This document shows, in pieces, positions 1 to 12,175 of a stretch of 64,000 nt of DNA (its first letter is position 1; each line of letters begins with the position of its first letter). This DNA is from an uncultured Candidatus Saccharibacteria bacterium (lineage in GTDB: Bacteria; Patescibacteriota; Minisyncoccia; Phycocordibacterales; UBA12088), in assembly GCA_964409035.1 (NCBI GenBank), contig CAYPBQ010000003.1, positions 41,530-105,529 on the forward strand, read 5' to 3'. A program made the position numbers and the translations under genes. Below the pieces are notes generated by a model, which ran no database searches, had not been told where the DNA came from, and worked only from the letters and a program-made list of their open reading frames with translations.

Positions 1-1
1 T

Positions 2-2941
2 TCACTCGTTAGATCAATGATTAAGGCGAAGATTCGTCCAGAGTGGATGTTTCTTACTACACTTCCTGTTATGCCACCGGGACTACGTCCTATGGTTCCA
101 CTTGAAGGTGGGCGCCACGCAACAAGCGATGTCAACGACCTCTATCGAAGAGTTATAAATAGAAATAACCGCTTGCGTAAACTAATTGATATTCATGCGC
201 CTGAGGTTATTCTTCGAAACGAAAAGCGTATTCTTCAAGAGGCAGTAGACGCTCTACTCGATAACTCTATCCGCCACGGCTCACAGCAAGCTGCGGCAAA
301 TACCGCACAGCGACGTCCACTCAAATCACTTTCAGACTACCTACGTGGAAAGCAGGGATACTTCAGACAAAACCTTCTTGGTAAGCGTGTTGACTATTCT
401 GGCCGATCAGTAATTGTGGTAGGTCCAGAGCTACGACTTGATGAGTGCGGTTTGCCAAAGCACATGGCACTTGAGTTGTTCCGACCATTCATTATTGCAG
501 AGCTACTCAAGCGAGAGCTTGCGTACAATATCCGTGGAGCAGGGCGCCTTATTGAAGAGGGCGAGCCTGAGGTATGGGCTATTCTTGAAAATGTGATCAA
601 GGATAAACACGTACTCCTTAACCGTGCTCCAACACTTCACCGACAAAGTATTCAGGCATTCCGACCAATCCTTATTGAAGGAAATGCTATTCGACTTCAC
701 CCACAGGTATGTCCTGCCTTTAACGCAGACTTCGATGGTGACCAGATGGCGGTACACGTACCACTCTCTGAAGAAGCTCAATGGGAAGCAGCAAACATTA
801 TTTCTGCTCGAAAGAACATTCTAAAGCCAGGATCAGGAGCACCAGTTATCGCGCTCGATAAAGACATCGTTCTTGGTTCTTACTGGATGACCAAAGATGT
901 TAATGGCGAAAAGGGAGAAGGAAAATATTTCTCAAGCCCAAATGAAGCTATTAGCGCATATGACTACGACATTGTTGGATTCAGGGCAAAAATAAAAGTG
1001 CTTCCAACTGATTCTCCAAAGTACAGCGCGTATGAAGGAAAACTTTTTGAGACTACCGTAGGAAGACTTCTCTTTAACAGTGTACTTCCAAAAGATTTCC
1101 CATATGTAAATGAGGAGATGAAGAAGGGAATGCTACCTAAGCTTACCGACAAGCTGATTGAGAAGTACGGACTTGATAAGATTCCAGAAATTATTGATAA
1201 AATTAAGGCATTCGGCTTTTACTACGCTACAAAGTCAGGTATCACCTTCAGCGTTGATGACCTTGTAGTACCAAAGGAAAAGGAGGGTATTATCAATGAA
1301 GGCTTTGAAAAGCAACGCCTCATCATGAGCCAGTTTAATGAAGGATTGCTCTCTCGCGAAGAAAGAAAGCGTCTCTCAATTGAAATTTGGCAACACGCAA
1401 AGGGAGAAATCGAAAAGCACATGCCAGGAGCACTCGATCCAAATGGATCAGTACATGATCTTGTAGTCTCTGGTGCCCGCGGTTCTATGGGACAGATTAC
1501 ACAGATGGCAGGTATGAAGGGACTCATGCAATCAACAAGCGGTGAGATTATTGAGTTCCCAGTTATTGCCTCAATGAAAGAGGGACTTTCACCTATTGAA
1601 TACTTCACCACTACACACGGAGCACGAAAGGGTCTAGCTGATACCGCCCTCAAGACTGCAGCAGCTGGATACCTTACCCGAAAACTCTTCGATGTTGCAC
1701 AAAATGCAATTGTCTCGGAAGTGGATTGCGGAGTAAAAACTGGAGTTCGCATCTCAAAGAAAGGAGCATCAGGAATTGAAATTGCACTTGCAAAGAGTAT
1801 TTCTGGTAGATTCCTTGCGACTGACCTTACCCTTGCGGATGGTACTACTTACAAGCGTGGTCACTTAGTAACTACAGTTGATGCAGCCAAGATTGAGGAA
1901 TCAGGAATTTCTGAAGTAACCGTTCGATCACCGATGAGCTGCAAAACACTCTATGGTGTTTGCCAGCACTGTTACGGTATTGATCTAACTACACAGGAGC
2001 TTATTGATCTTGGCGAAGCAGTGGGCACAGTTGCGGCGCAAGCTATTGGTGAGCCGGGTACACAGCTTACTATGCGTACATTCCACACAGGAGGAGTATC
2101 AAGTGTCGGTGGAGACATCACGCAAGGTCTTCCTCGTGTAGAAGAAGTGTTTGAACGCCGCGCTCCAAAAAATCCTGCTACCGTATCTAAGACAGCGGGT
2201 GTAGTTACAGAAATAAAAGATGAGGGTGGAGAACGAGTAATCGTAGTCACACCTGAAGTTGGTGATAAACACGCGCCAAAGAACAAAAAACCTATTGAGT
2301 ACGGAGTACACTTTAGGCGTATGATTTTGGTTAAAGTTGGAGATGAGGTAAAGAAGGGTCAACTCATAACTGACGGTTCTGCAGATATATCTGAGCTGTA
2401 CAAGTATGGAGGAAAAGAGCTTGCACAAGAATATATCATTCAAGAAACTACAAAAATTTACGAGCTACAAGGTGTGTTTATTTCAAGGAAGCACATTGAG
2501 GTGGTGGTAAAGCAGATGTTCTCACGCGTAAAGGTAAAAGACGCTGGTGATGTTGCGCTTAACGTAGGAGACATTGTTGAGGATTGGGAAATTGAAGTAC
2601 TTAATGCAGAAGCTGAAAAGGCGGGACTCATTTCGGCAACGTATGAACCTCTCGTACTAGGTATCACTGAAGTCTCCCTCACAAGAAAGAGCTTCCTTTC
2701 AGCTGCGTCATTCCAACACACACCACGTATTCTCATCAATGCTGCGGTAAGAGGATCACAGGATGATCTAAAGGGTCTTAAGGAGAATGTCATCATAGGA
2801 CGACTTATTCCTGCGGGTACTGGATTTGCTGGTAGCAAGAAGCAGGGTGCAATTAAATCACTACAGGCACGACTAGACTCAACTGATGTGTTCGATGAAA
2901 ATGTTGAAGTGACTCATTCGGTAAAAGAAATAACCGAATAA
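2..2941 (+). CDS. rpoC: DNA-directed RNA polymerase subunit beta' (C-terminal ~975 codons; the 5' part of the gene lies upstream of the window)
   Basis: Open frame runs from window edge; translation contains beta' hallmarks '[49 protein letters not shown]' and '[16 protein letters not shown]' (catalytic Mg site NADFDGDQM). Confidence 0.95.
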   Translation, partial: SLVRSMIKAKIRPEWMFLTTLPVMPPGLRPMVPLEGGRHATSDVNDLYRRVINRNNRLRKLIDIHAPEVILRNEKRILQEAVDALLDNSIRHGSQQAAANTAQRRPLKSLSDYLRGKQGYFRQNLLGKRVDYSGRSVIVVGPELRLDECGLPKHMALELFRPFIIAELLKRELAYNIRGAGRLIEEGEPEVWAILENVIKDKHVLLNRAPTLHRQSIQAFRPILIEGNAIRLHPQVCPAFNADFDGDQMAVHVPLSEEAQWEAANIISARKNILKPGSGAPVIALDKDIVLGSYWMTKDVNGEKGEGKYFSSPNEAISAYDYDIVGFRAKIKVLPTDSPKYSAYEGKLFETTVGRLLFNSVLPKDFPYVNEEMKKGMLPKLTDKLIEKYGLDKIPEIIDKIKAFGFYYATKSGITFSVDDLVVPKEKEGIINEGFEKQRLIMSQFNEGLLSREERKRLSIEIWQHAKGEIEKHMPGALDPNGSVHDLVVSGARGSMGQITQMAGMKGLMQSTSGEIIEFPVIASMKEGLSPIEYFTTTHGARKGLADTALKTAAAGYLTRKLFDVAQNAIVSEVDCGVKTGVRISKKGASGIEIALAKSISGRFLATDLTLADGTTYKRGHLVTTVDAAKIEESGISEVTVRSPMSCKTLYGVCQHCYGIDLTTQELIDLGEAVGTVAAQAIGEPGTQLTMRTFHTGGVSSVGGDITQGLPRVEEVFERRAPKNPATVSKTAGVVTEIKDEGGERVIVVTPEVGDKHAPKNKKPIEYGVHFRRMILVKVGDEVKKGQLITDGSADISELYKYGGKELAQEYIIQETTKIYELQGVFISRKHIEVVVKQMFSRVKVKDAGDVALNVGDIVEDWEIEVLNAEAEKAGLISATYEPLVLGITEVSLTRKSFLSAASFQHTPRILINAAVRGSQDDLKGLKENVIIGRLIPAGTGFAGSKKQGAIKSLQARLDSTDVFDENVEVTHSVKEITE

Positions 2942-2983
2942 TGTATCGCTCGCATCGCCTTATAACGTATACCCATCTTTTGG

Positions 2984-4747
2984 GTGATCAATATGTCGCT
3001 TGATGCCGTACAGCAAATAAAAGACAGAGTAGACATAGTCGAACTTATTGGTTCGTATGTACGGCTTACAAAGGCAGGAAGGTCATACAAGGGATTGTCT
3101 CCTTTTAAAAAGGAAAAAACACCCTCGTTCTACGTATCTCCGGATAAGGGTATGTACTACTGTTTCTCTACCAACAAAGGTGGTGACATATTTACCTTTG
3201 TTGAAGAGATGGAGAGGGTGGATTTTCAAGGAGCACTTAGGTTACTCGCTGAAAGAGCAGGTATCACTCTAACAAATGAGCTTAAGGAGGATAAAAACTC
3301 ACGTGAGAGACTCTTTGCAATACTTGAGCGAGCTGCAAATCTTTATGCTAAGGAACTTGCGACAAATACCGAAGCTCTTGAGTACATACAAAAGCGTGGT
3401 TGTACCCCTGACACAATTAAAACGTGGGGTATTGGTTACGCTCCTGAACCAAAAAAGAAAGGGTGGACATTTATCTTTGACGCTCTTTGTAAAGAGGGTT
3501 TTGAACCACATGAAATTGAGCGTGTTGGGCTGATAAAGAGAAAGGATGATACTGCAACTGGCACCCCATATGACAGATTCAGATCAAGAATAATGTTTCC
3601 TCTTAAGGATGTGTCTGGTCGGGTTGTGGGATTCTCAGGAAGACTTTTTCCAGATGACAAAAGTGGACTCTCACCCAAGTATCTAAATAGCCCAGAAACA
3701 CCTCTATATCACAAGTCCTCGTTACTGTATGGCATAGATAAGGCAAAACAGGCAATGCGTAAACATGACTTTGCTATTTTGGTAGAAGGACAAATGGACC
3801 TTGTCTTGTCGCATCAAAGTGGATACGCAACCACCGTTGCGGTATCGGGTACAGGACTTACCAATGAGCATATGGATATAGTAAGTAGAATGACAAAAAA
3901 GGTGGTACTCGCGTTTGATGCAGATAGTGCAGGTATTGCCTCCACTCACAAAGCCGGTATTCTTGCGCTTAAAAGGGGTATGGAGGTTAAAGTTGCCGTA
4001 CTACCAATGGGAGTAGATCCCGCGGATATGATACGAGAGAATGCTGAGGATTGGAAAAGTGCTATCAGAGAAGCGTTGCCCCTTATAACTGTTGCAATGC
4101 AAAACGCAAAAGTAGGAGCAAAAAATGAACAAGCACTAGTGCGCAATTTACGAGAACAAGTGCTTCCCCTTATTGCAGCAATGCCAAATAGTATGGACAG
4201 ATCACTTTTGGCGAGAGAAGTATCTGAGTTTGCTCGTCTTCATAATGATACAGTGTACGAAGAGGTTGAAAAAATCCGTCAACAAAAATCGTTTGGTGAT
4301 CAAGATATTGATGTGGTGCGTGGTGTGGAATTAGAGAGCGGTGCGCAGATTATGACAAGACGTGCCGGTCTTGAAAGGGTGGTGGCGGGGTTTATGATTC
4401 GCGCGCAGGTAGATAAAGAGGTGCAGTACGACTCATTAACTGCAGATGTAGCGTTAGCATTAAGAGGTACATCGGTGCAAGAATTACTTAGTAGGTATAG
4501 TGATGATAGAGCACTACCATTTGAGATAGAAATGATGCTTGAAGGATCGATGCATAAAGTGGCGCTTGTCAAAGATGCGGTATATGATTTACGATTAGTA
4601 ACAATTAAGGATACATTTTTTGATGTATCAAAGGCATTACGCCTCGCAGAGGAAGAAGGGGATCAAGAAAAGCAAGTAACATTACTATCAACGCTACATC
4701 AACTAACAAAGGAGCTTACTGAGTTACAAGCTGTTACTCGTAAGTAA
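2984..4747 (+). CDS. dnaG: DNA primase
   Basis: N-terminal primase zinc-finger-like region ('KEKTPSFYVSPDKGMYYCF') and Toprim motifs 'EGQMDLVLSHQ...AVSGTG...VLAFDADSAG'; sits between rpoC and rpoD. Confidence 0.9.
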   Translation: MINMSLDAVQQIKDRVDIVELIGSYVRLTKAGRSYKGLSPFKKEKTPSFYVSPDKGMYYCFSTNKGGDIFTFVEEMERVDFQGALRLLAERAGITLTNELKEDKNSRERLFAILERAANLYAKELATNTEALEYIQKRGCTPDTIKTWGIGYAPEPKKKGWTFIFDALCKEGFEPHEIERVGLIKRKDDTATGTPYDRFRSRIMFPLKDVSGRVVGFSGRLFPDDKSGLSPKYLNSPETPLYHKSSLLYGIDKAKQAMRKHDFAILVEGQMDLVLSHQSGYATTVAVSGTGLTNEHMDIVSRMTKKVVLAFDADSAGIASTHKAGILALKRGMEVKVAVLPMGVDPADMIRENAEDWKSAIREALPLITVAMQNAKVGAKNEQALVRNLREQVLPLIAAMPNSMDRSLLAREVSEFARLHNDTVYEEVEKIRQQKSFGDQDIDVVRGVELESGAQIMTRRAGLERVVAGFMIRAQVDKEVQYDSLTADVALALRGTSVQELLSRYSDDRALPFEIEMMLEGSMHKVALVKDAVYDLRLVTIKDTFFDVSKALRLAEEEGDQEKQVTLLSTLHQLTKELTELQAVTRK

Positions 4748-4756
4748 TAACATTTT

Positions 4757-6061
4757 ATGATACAAAAACGACCAGCAAAAAAGGTGGCAAAGAAGGTAAA
4801 GAAGTTACCTAAAAAACCATCAGCAAAAAAAGCAGCACCACAGAAAAAGGTGATAAAAAAAGCTGCAAAGAAGCCTACCTCGGTAAAGCCTATCGCAAAG
4901 CCAGCCGTAAGAACAAAAGGACTCCAGAAGCGTGAGCTTCAGCAGATTGTAGTGCCAAAGAAAAAGGGCGCACCATCAAAAAGTGAGGCAGAAATGGAGG
5001 CTAAGGCTCAAAAGTTGGTAGAGAAGGGAAATGAGCGTGGGTACGTTACTTTCGATCAGATTTTGCAAGTATTTCCACGCATAGAGGAGGATGTGGTATT
5101 TCTTGAAACGTTATATGAAAAATTCAGCACTTCTGGTATTGATGTGCTTGAGGGTGGAAATATTCTTGATGACTCAGTCTCCGATGATCTTCTTGATAAG
5201 AAAAATACATACAAGGGTGGAAGTGATTCATCGTATGACTCGATACAAATGTATTTGAGAGAGATCGGACAATACCCCCTTCTTAACGTCTCAGAAGAGC
5301 GTGAGCTTGCAAAACGAGTAATGGACGGTGATATTGATGCTAAGAACCTTCTCGCAAGAGCAAACCTTCGACTCGTGGTATCTATCGCAAAAAAATATAT
5401 TGGACGATCTGCTGATCTTACTCTTCTTGATTTAATTCAGGAAGGTAACCTTGGTCTCTTTAAGGCGGTAGATAAATTTGACTATACAAAAGGGTACAAG
5501 TTTTCTACGTATGCCACATGGTGGATTAGGCAGGCTATTACGCGCGCCCTTGCAGATCAGTCACGTACTATTCGTATACCTGTTCACATGGTAGAAACGA
5601 TTGCTAAGTATAAGCAGGTCTTTAGACGTCTTTCTCAGGACCTTGGACGTGACCCCATGCCAGAGGAGATTGCTGATGAGATGGGTCTTGAAGTAGAGAA
5701 AATACACACTATTGAAAAAATAGACCAGACTACCGTATCACTTGAGTCACCAGTGGGAGATGAGTCAGACGATAGATCAGTGCTCGGTGATTTTATTGCT
5801 GATGACAAGATACAATCTCCTGATCAAGAGACTGCGCATAATATACTTGCTGAGCAGATTCGAACTATTCTTGACGATCTTTCTCCAAAAGAGAGAAAAA
5901 TTCTTGAAATGCGTCATGGACTTGAGGACGGTATTTATCATACTCTTGAAGAGGTGGGTAAGGAGTTTGGTGTTACCCGTGAACGTATTAGACAGATTGA
6001 GGCAAAGGCAATTGAAAAGATTCGTGCTCATGATGGATCAAAGCAGTTAAGGAGCTACTAA
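4757..6061 (+). CDS. rpoD: RNA polymerase sigma factor (sigma-70, primary) with Lys/Ala-rich N-terminal tail
   Basis: Regions 1.2-4: '[14 protein letters not shown]', '[40 protein letters not shown]', '[23 protein letters not shown]'; classic dnaG-rpoD linkage. Confidence 0.95.
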   Translation: MIQKRPAKKVAKKVKKLPKKPSAKKAAPQKKVIKKAAKKPTSVKPIAKPAVRTKGLQKRELQQIVVPKKKGAPSKSEAEMEAKAQKLVEKGNERGYVTFDQILQVFPRIEEDVVFLETLYEKFSTSGIDVLEGGNILDDSVSDDLLDKKNTYKGGSDSSYDSIQMYLREIGQYPLLNVSEERELAKRVMDGDIDAKNLLARANLRLVVSIAKKYIGRSADLTLLDLIQEGNLGLFKAVDKFDYTKGYKFSTYATWWIRQAITRALADQSRTIRIPVHMVETIAKYKQVFRRLSQDLGRDPMPEEIADEMGLEVEKIHTIEKIDQTTVSLESPVGDESDDRSVLGDFIADDKIQSPDQETAHNILAEQIRTILDDLSPKERKILEMRHGLEDGIYHTLEEVGKEFGVTRERIRQIEAKAIEKIRAHDGSKQLRSY

Positions 6062-6080
6062 TTAATCTATAGGCAATACA

Positions 6081-6108
6081 AAAGGGGGCGCATAGCGCCC
6101 CCTTTTGC
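6081..6108. terminator. Bidirectional rho-independent terminator between rpoD (+) and GNAT gene (-)
   Basis: 'AAAAGGGGGCGCATAGCGCCCCCTTTTG' : 7-bp GC stem flanked by A-run and T-run. Confidence 0.8.
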
Positions 6109-6113
6109 GTCCA

Positions 6114-6692
6114 CTATTCTGGACGCATGCACACCATCATAATCTCATCGTCATATTTTCCTGGAGATAGATAAAGCCAATTGGCTATTCTTCCTATCTC
6201 TACAAATCCACACCTTTCGTATACCTTCCTTGCAGCGATATTGTTTCCATAGAGACATAATTCAACTCCACGCAAATCAAGAGTATTGAACGCGTAGGTA
6301 AGAATCAGTGACGTTGCTTCGGTTCCATACCCCTTTCCCCAAGAGTTTCTATCTCCAATAGTAAGTCCAAAACTTGCGGTACGGTCTCTTTGCGTGTTGT
6401 TCCATCCGAGTCCTGTTGTCCCAATAAGTGTGGTTCCACCTTTTGGAACTATTCCAAGTGTAAGACCATTTTTCCTTTCTGCCATAGACTCTATCCATCT
6501 TTCCTCCGCCCCAATATGGAGGGGCAAGTATCGTAGTAGATATCGTGTTACTGCAGAATCATTCATGTATGTGGCGAGGGTTCGTGCATCACCTTTTTCT
6601 ATGATAACAAGGTCTATTTTAGACCCAGTAATCAAAACAATACGAGACTCTTCACGAGTGGCGCTGGCGGTTGTCATGTCAAAGAACTCCAC
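6114..6692 (-). CDS. GNAT-family N-acetyltransferase (RimJ/RimL-like)
   Basis: Acetyl-CoA binding motif 'WGKGYGTEATSLILTYAFNTLDLRGVELCLYGNNIAARKVYERCGF'. Confidence 0.8.
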   Translation of the reverse strand: MEFFDMTTASATREESRIVLITGSKIDLVIIEKGDARTLATYMNDSAVTRYLLRYLPLHIGAEERWIESMAERKNGLTLGIVPKGGTTLIGTTGLGWNNTQRDRTASFGLTIGDRNSWGKGYGTEATSLILTYAFNTLDLRGVELCLYGNNIAARKVYERCGFVEIGRIANWLYLSPGKYDDEIMMVCMRPE

Positions 6693-6918
6693 ATTAGCTG
6701 AACAGGCATTTGTTCAGCTTTAGAGATTCAATACTTGTTATAGATAGGAGAGAGATTGAATAGCCACAGCCAAACAAAGCGATAATAGGGTAGTAGGGAG
6801 CATTCCTGAACAATAGGAAACTCGCGCCCACATAATCGCGTCTACTTTTTTATGCTGTTGTGGATATATTCGATCCATGTGTTACATCTACAATACTTTA
6901 AAATACTTGTCAATAAAA

Positions 6919-6947
6919 CAAAACATCCGCGCAAGCGGATGTTTTGT
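6919..6947. terminator. Hairpin terminator downstream of antiporter gene
   Basis: 'AAAACATCCGCGCAAGCGGATGTTTTG' perfect 8-bp stem with A/T flanks. Confidence 0.7.
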
Positions 6948-6967
6948 AGGGCCACGATACTCTTTTC

Positions 6968-9073
6968 CTACCCTCTATTTGCATTGGCATCTTCTTGCTC
7001 AAGATCGTTTTTGATTGTTATCACTAGTTTTGGGGTGATAAGCTCCTTGCTAGATAGTTCCTCAAGAATATGCTCTTCTACTTTTGCAATACCTTTTTTC
7101 GCAAGGGTAGTGTTGAGTGCGTGAATAATGTTTGGGTGTTCTTTCTCAAGATTCTTCATTTTATCTTTCGCGCCATCCTTAAAGGTCTCGTATATCTTCT
7201 TTACCTCATTGAGTGATGTGAGTGATAGAAGCATTTCCGACTCTTTGTCATCTGTAAGTGTATCTAGCTCTTTCAAAACCTTGCGGGAGATAATAGTCTG
7301 CGCGCGGTAATACATATACTGCTCTTCAATTGCTAGCTCGCGTGATCGCCACGGCACAAAGAATCTAAGAAATACATCGGATATTATTTCAAAGATATCC
7401 ATCTTATCCTTGTACTTAGAAAGGTCATCAAGTGGTAGGTTCTTTTCAATGGCTTCAAATTGCAACGTTAATTTTCCTGCGATGCGCTTGTATACTGGTT
7501 CAGTTATTTCATCATAGGCAAAGAGGTCTTTCAGATACTTTCGTTCAATTCCAATGGCATGTAGGCGGAGTGTCCTGTCCATGATTGCGTGGTCGTTTTT
7601 GTCAGTATTTGAACAATCAGTAGAGTACTTAGCAAAGTCTTTTTTGTGCGCTGTATTGAGTGTGGTGTACGTAGTTGCGTCAATGTAGCCCTTCGCGTGA
7701 AAGGTATCAAGGCGGGCAAGTACTGTTCGGTGTATGAGTGCTCGCGCCTGTGCGTACTCTAGTTTTTCAAGTGTGGTGAGCGCATCAAGTCCAAGTTTTT
7801 TAATAAAGTAGTTGATGGTGGTCGCCTTGATAAAGAGAGTGGCAAATATGCAACCAACAGTTAGCGCAAGAAGAAATTCTTGTACTGAGTAGGGAAGCGC
7901 CCATCCCGGAACGGTAAAGTCAGAGGGGATAAGCAGCACCATGGTGATAGCAAGTGCCCCACGTAGTGATCCCCACGAGAGAAGGTGTTGCCACGAGCGA
8001 GGTACTTTTTTCTCTTCCTTGGCAAATGCATTATACGCCTCAGCAACAGGGTAAATAGAGAGTGCGCGGGCAAATGCTACTACCAAAATAGTGATACCGA
8101 TTGGAACAATAAGTGACGGCACACTAGAAGGAAGCTCAACAAAAATAAGACCTATGAGGATAAATACAAGCGAGTTTGCGATGAAAGCAAAAATACCCCA
8201 AAACTTTTCAACAAACTCTTCTGCGTGAGGTGATATTTTAGACCTGCCGTAGTTACCCATAACAAGTGACGCCACCGTTGTAGCGATTATTGATGAAATG
8301 ATGAGATGAAAATCACCAAAATGCGCATAGTGAGAAATAGCTTCAGATGAGATAAAGGTGGTGTGTGCTAGTACTACAGTAAGGACAATAGACACCATCT
8401 CATTTGATTTTGTCATGCTGATGAGGCGTGTAAACACACCTCCCATGAGTAAACCAAATACAATACCCCCAACTATCATTGTTGAGAAAGTGAGTATTCC
8501 ATCACTAATTGAGGACACTCCCTTGTACCCAAACATTGCTATTTCAAGCACTATCAAAAAGAGCGCAACTGATGTTGCGTCATTAAATAGTGATTCGCCT
8601 TCAAAAATAAGTGATAGCCTTCGTGGAGCGCCGTACTCTTTAAAAAGGGCAAGCACCGCGACAGGGTCGGTTGCGCTGATGAGGGCGCCAAAAAGTAGCA
8701 ATATTATAAATGGTACCTCAAGCCCAATAGCTGGAAATATTAATGAGAGTAGAAATGCAATTGCTCCAGCACTAACAACAAGGCTAAGCACCGCAAAAAG
8801 CCAAATGATGGTGTTGTTTTCCATCACTCGTCTAATATTTATATTATACGCGGATTCAAAAATGAGCGTCGGTAGGAAGATGTAAAAAAGTAATTCTGGC
8901 GTGAGCTTAAACTCGGTAAAAAAACCAAAACCAGGGACAAGAGATAGTGCGCCAAGTACCACACCAATAACCACCAAAAAAACTGTATAGGGTACCTGTA
9001 AGCGCTTGGCAATAAGGTAAGAGACACTTGAAAGCGCTAAGAGAAAGAATAATACAAAATAGTATGTCAGCAT
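6968..9073 (-). CDS. Na+/H+ (cation/proton) antiporter, CPA1/NhaP-like, with long C-terminal cytoplasmic domain
   Basis: ~12 predicted TM helices; CPA motifs 'FFYIFLPTLIFESAYN', 'ALISATDPVAVLALFKE'; 701 aa with soluble C-terminal ~280 aa. Confidence 0.8.
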   Translation of the reverse strand: MLTYYFVLFFLLALSSVSYLIAKRLQVPYTVFLVVIGVVLGALSLVPGFGFFTEFKLTPELLFYIFLPTLIFESAYNINIRRVMENNTIIWLFAVLSLVVSAGAIAFLLSLIFPAIGLEVPFIILLLFGALISATDPVAVLALFKEYGAPRRLSLIFEGESLFNDATSVALFLIVLEIAMFGYKGVSSISDGILTFSTMIVGGIVFGLLMGGVFTRLISMTKSNEMVSIVLTVVLAHTTFISSEAISHYAHFGDFHLIISSIIATTVASLVMGNYGRSKISPHAEEFVEKFWGIFAFIANSLVFILIGLIFVELPSSVPSLIVPIGITILVVAFARALSIYPVAEAYNAFAKEEKKVPRSWQHLLSWGSLRGALAITMVLLIPSDFTVPGWALPYSVQEFLLALTVGCIFATLFIKATTINYFIKKLGLDALTTLEKLEYAQARALIHRTVLARLDTFHAKGYIDATTYTTLNTAHKKDFAKYSTDCSNTDKNDHAIMDRTLRLHAIGIERKYLKDLFAYDEITEPVYKRIAGKLTLQFEAIEKNLPLDDLSKYKDKMDIFEIISDVFLRFFVPWRSRELAIEEQYMYYRAQTIISRKVLKELDTLTDDKESEMLLSLTSLNEVKKIYETFKDGAKDKMKNLEKEHPNIIHALNTTLAKKGIAKVEEHILEELSSKELITPKLVITIKNDLEQEDANANRG

Positions 9074-9205
9074 ACTGGTGTTTAATATGGTAATTGCCTA
9101 GTCATTTGCCCAGTTAACTTGTGGGCGCAAACAAAAGCCACTATACTCCTGTTTCGTTGGTGCGACAATGGCAGCTTTCCACCGCTAGGGTATACTGCCT
9201 ATATA

Positions 9206-12117
9206 TGAAGCAAGATGCCTTTGTGAAAGCGTATTCTGCCCTAAATGAAGCCCAAAAGGAGGCAGTAGATGCTATTGAGGGGCCGGTCATGCTTGTGGCT
9301 GGCCCTGGTACTGGTAAGACTCAGGTACTTGCCCTACGAATAGCAAACATTCTTAAGCAAACAGACACACCCCCAAATGGCATACTATGCCTTACTTTTA
9401 CTGAGTCTGGAGTGTCTGCAATGCGTAGTAGGCTTAGAAGCATCATTGGTGAGGATGCATATAAAGTTGAGCTACATACATTCCACGGATATGCGAATAT
9501 GATTATCGAACGCTTTCCATCATATTTTTCTCACATGGCGGGAAGTAAGGCATTAAGCGACCTTGAACGAGCACTTCTTTGGGAAGATATTTTCCAAACA
9601 CACTCATTTGCCCATTTACGAACATCAAATGACCCCTTTTATTACCTGTATGAAGTTAAGGAGTCAGTAAAGAAGGCGAAGCAAGAAAAAGTTTCTCCAG
9701 ATGAGCTTCAGGATAGATTGGAAAAGTTGCGTGATACATTCTACGCACGTGATGATCTGCTATCAACAAGAGGCAAAACAAAGGGGAAAATGAAATCTGA
9801 GCACTTAAGGTATCAGGAAAAACTAGCACGAAGCATGGAAGTAGTTACTGCATACAGGGCGTATGAGGAGTCGCTTTCACGTATGAAGCGGCATGACTAC
9901 GAGGATATGGTACTTTCAGTCATTGCCGCGTGTGAACAGCATGAAGAACTGCTCCTTATTCTTTCTGAGGCGTCGTTGTATGTACTGGTTGATGAACATC
10001 AGGATACCAATAGGGCACAAAATAGATTGCTAGAGCTTATTACAGGCTTTCATGATGAACCAAATTTGTTTGTTGTCGGAGACGAAAAGCAAGCGATATA
10101 TCGCTTTCAGGGCGCATCAATGGAAAACTTCCATGGTATACATGCCTTTGCTCCTAATGTTCGTGTTATTACCCTCACGCACAACTATCGATCCACACAA
10201 GCAATACTTACTACAGCCCATTCACTTATTGAGGGTGGTGAATATAGTAATCCTCAACATCTAGTAGCAGCGAAAGAAGGTGAGGGTACCATGCCAATGC
10301 TAATCGAATGTGAACGTGCGACCGATGAGCTATCCCTCATCGCGTCCCGAATTGCTGATGACATTGCAAATGGTGTAAGCCCACACGAGATTGCCGTTTT
10401 ATATAGAAAAAATAAGAATGCGCTTGCTATATCGCACGCATTGTCAGCGCAGAATATTCCTCATGTTATTGAGTCTGAACGAAGTATATTTTCTGTCCCA
10501 GCAATTGGATTGCTTCTTTCTTACTTTAAGGGTGTATTGCATGGAGACGAAGAGAGTATAACGCGAGCGCTCGGTAGTCCATGGTTAGCTATTACGCTCC
10601 AAACTTTTTTTGGCCTCATGCGAGAACGTGTTAAGGGTAGGCGATCTGTTCTTTCGGTGATGGATACTCATGCGGACCTTGCCCACATTAAGCAAATGTT
10701 GCTCACACATGCCAGTGTGGCAAGGGTAACACCACTCCTTTATTTTATAGAAACAGTTGCGAGAGAAACAGGATTTCTCTCTTACGCGCTTTCGCGAGAG
10801 GATGTGTACGAGTCGTATCTCGGATTATTTTCGTTTGCACAATCATTAGCGTACGAGAGTCCTGGAGCAACCATAGAAGCTCTGATAGAGAGGCTTGTTG
10901 TCATGGAGCGTCATGGCATAGATATTCATAGGTCATTTATTATTAAGGAAGGCTCGGTCCGCTTGATGACAGCGCACAAATCAAAGGGGCTTGAGTTTGA
11001 GAAGGTTTACATTGCCCACCTAGTTGATAGGGAATGGAGAGGTAGAGCTGATAAAGAGTATTTTATCATGCCGCTATACAAAGATGATGGTGAGCATGAG
11101 GTTATAGAAGACGAACGTCGTCTACTATATGTTGCTATGACAAGAGCAAAGCATACACTTACCCTCACGTACTCAAAAGAGTTACCCGATGGTAAGGAGG
11201 CAGAACAGAGTAGGTTTATTGATGATATTGATGCTTCACTACTTGAAAGATTCTCCGCGCCACCGCAAGAGTATAGTATAGACACTGGACATTTTTCATC
11301 TTCAGAAACTGTCCTAACACTTGGTGAATTAATGCGTGAACATCTTACTACAGATGGACTATCCGTTACTGGCCTTAATCAGTATTTAGATAATCCATGG
11401 CGATTTATATTTTCAACGTTCTTGCGCGTTCCATCTGCTAAGAAGCATCACCTAATGTATGGGTCTGCTATAGACAAAGCATTAGAAAAATTTGTTCTTT
11501 TAGAAAAAAAGCAAAAGCATGAGCTTATAGAGTTGTTTGAAGAAACACTTGAAAAGGAACCGATTGCAGCGAATGAATTTGAACATTATCGCACTCGTGG
11601 CGCACATGCACTTTCAGCGCTATTTGATAGCGCTGCTCATGAGCTCATTTTACCCGGTGAGCCAAAGCGTCGAATCAAGACTCCGCTTAGGGTTGCAGAT
11701 ACTGAGATACTATTAACAGGTGAATTGGATTTGTTGCGTAGAGGACCTGACGGCCTTGTGGTGATTGATTATAAAACAGGTGAGCCAAAGACTAGAAATG
11801 AAATTGAGGGAATAGCTGCAAATAGTGACGGAGGTTACTACAGACAATTAGTATTTTATAAACTTCTTTTAGAAGCTGGGGGTGTTGGTGAAATGAGAAA
11901 GGGCATACTACAATTTGTTGAACCAGATAAAAAAGGAGAGATACACACAGAAGCATTTGTTATCCCTCAAGAAGCGGTGGCAGAGCTTAAAGAGCAAATA
12001 CAAACAGTAGTTAATGAGCTGCTTACGGGAACGTATCTTGATGCTGAATGTGATCCAAAAACATGTGACTACTGTGATTTGGTTGACATGTACAAGGTTA
12101 GGTTTGCGAAAGAGTAA
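9206..12117 (+). CDS. UvrD/PcrA-like superfamily-1 helicase fused to C-terminal PD-(D/E)XK (RecB/Cas4-like, Cys-cluster) nuclease domain
   Basis: Walker A 'LVAGPGTGKTQVL', SF1 motifs 'VLVDEHQDTN', 'GDEKQAIYRFQGA', 'TLTHNYRS', 'LMTAHKSKGLEFEKVYI', 'YVAMTRAK'; C-terminus 'LDLLRRGPDGLVVIDYKTG...CDPKTCDYCDL'. Start chosen at 'MKQDAF' (ATG 9206) rather than ORF-track 9121. Confidence 0.85.
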
Positions 12118-12121
12118 ACGT

Positions 12122-12156
12122 AAAATGGCGCAGACAATTTGTCTGCGCCATTTTAC
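12122..12156. terminator. Bidirectional terminator between helicase gene (+) and dsbA-like gene (-)
   Basis: 'AAAATGGCGCAGACAATTTGTCTGCGCCATTTT' perfect 14-bp palindromic stem with A/T flanks. Confidence 0.85.
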
Positions 12157-12175
12157 TGCAGGCCCTGATAGGTAA

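Noticed and set aside
394-2838. Multiple ORF-track ORFs antisense or out of frame inside rpoC (e.g. 394-600, 503-781, 1222-1752, 1972-2286, 2458-2838)
   Set aside because: They are fully embedded in a highly conserved, confidently called gene. They have low-complexity Ser/Pro/Arg-rich translations typical of antisense frames of GC-moderate coding DNA.
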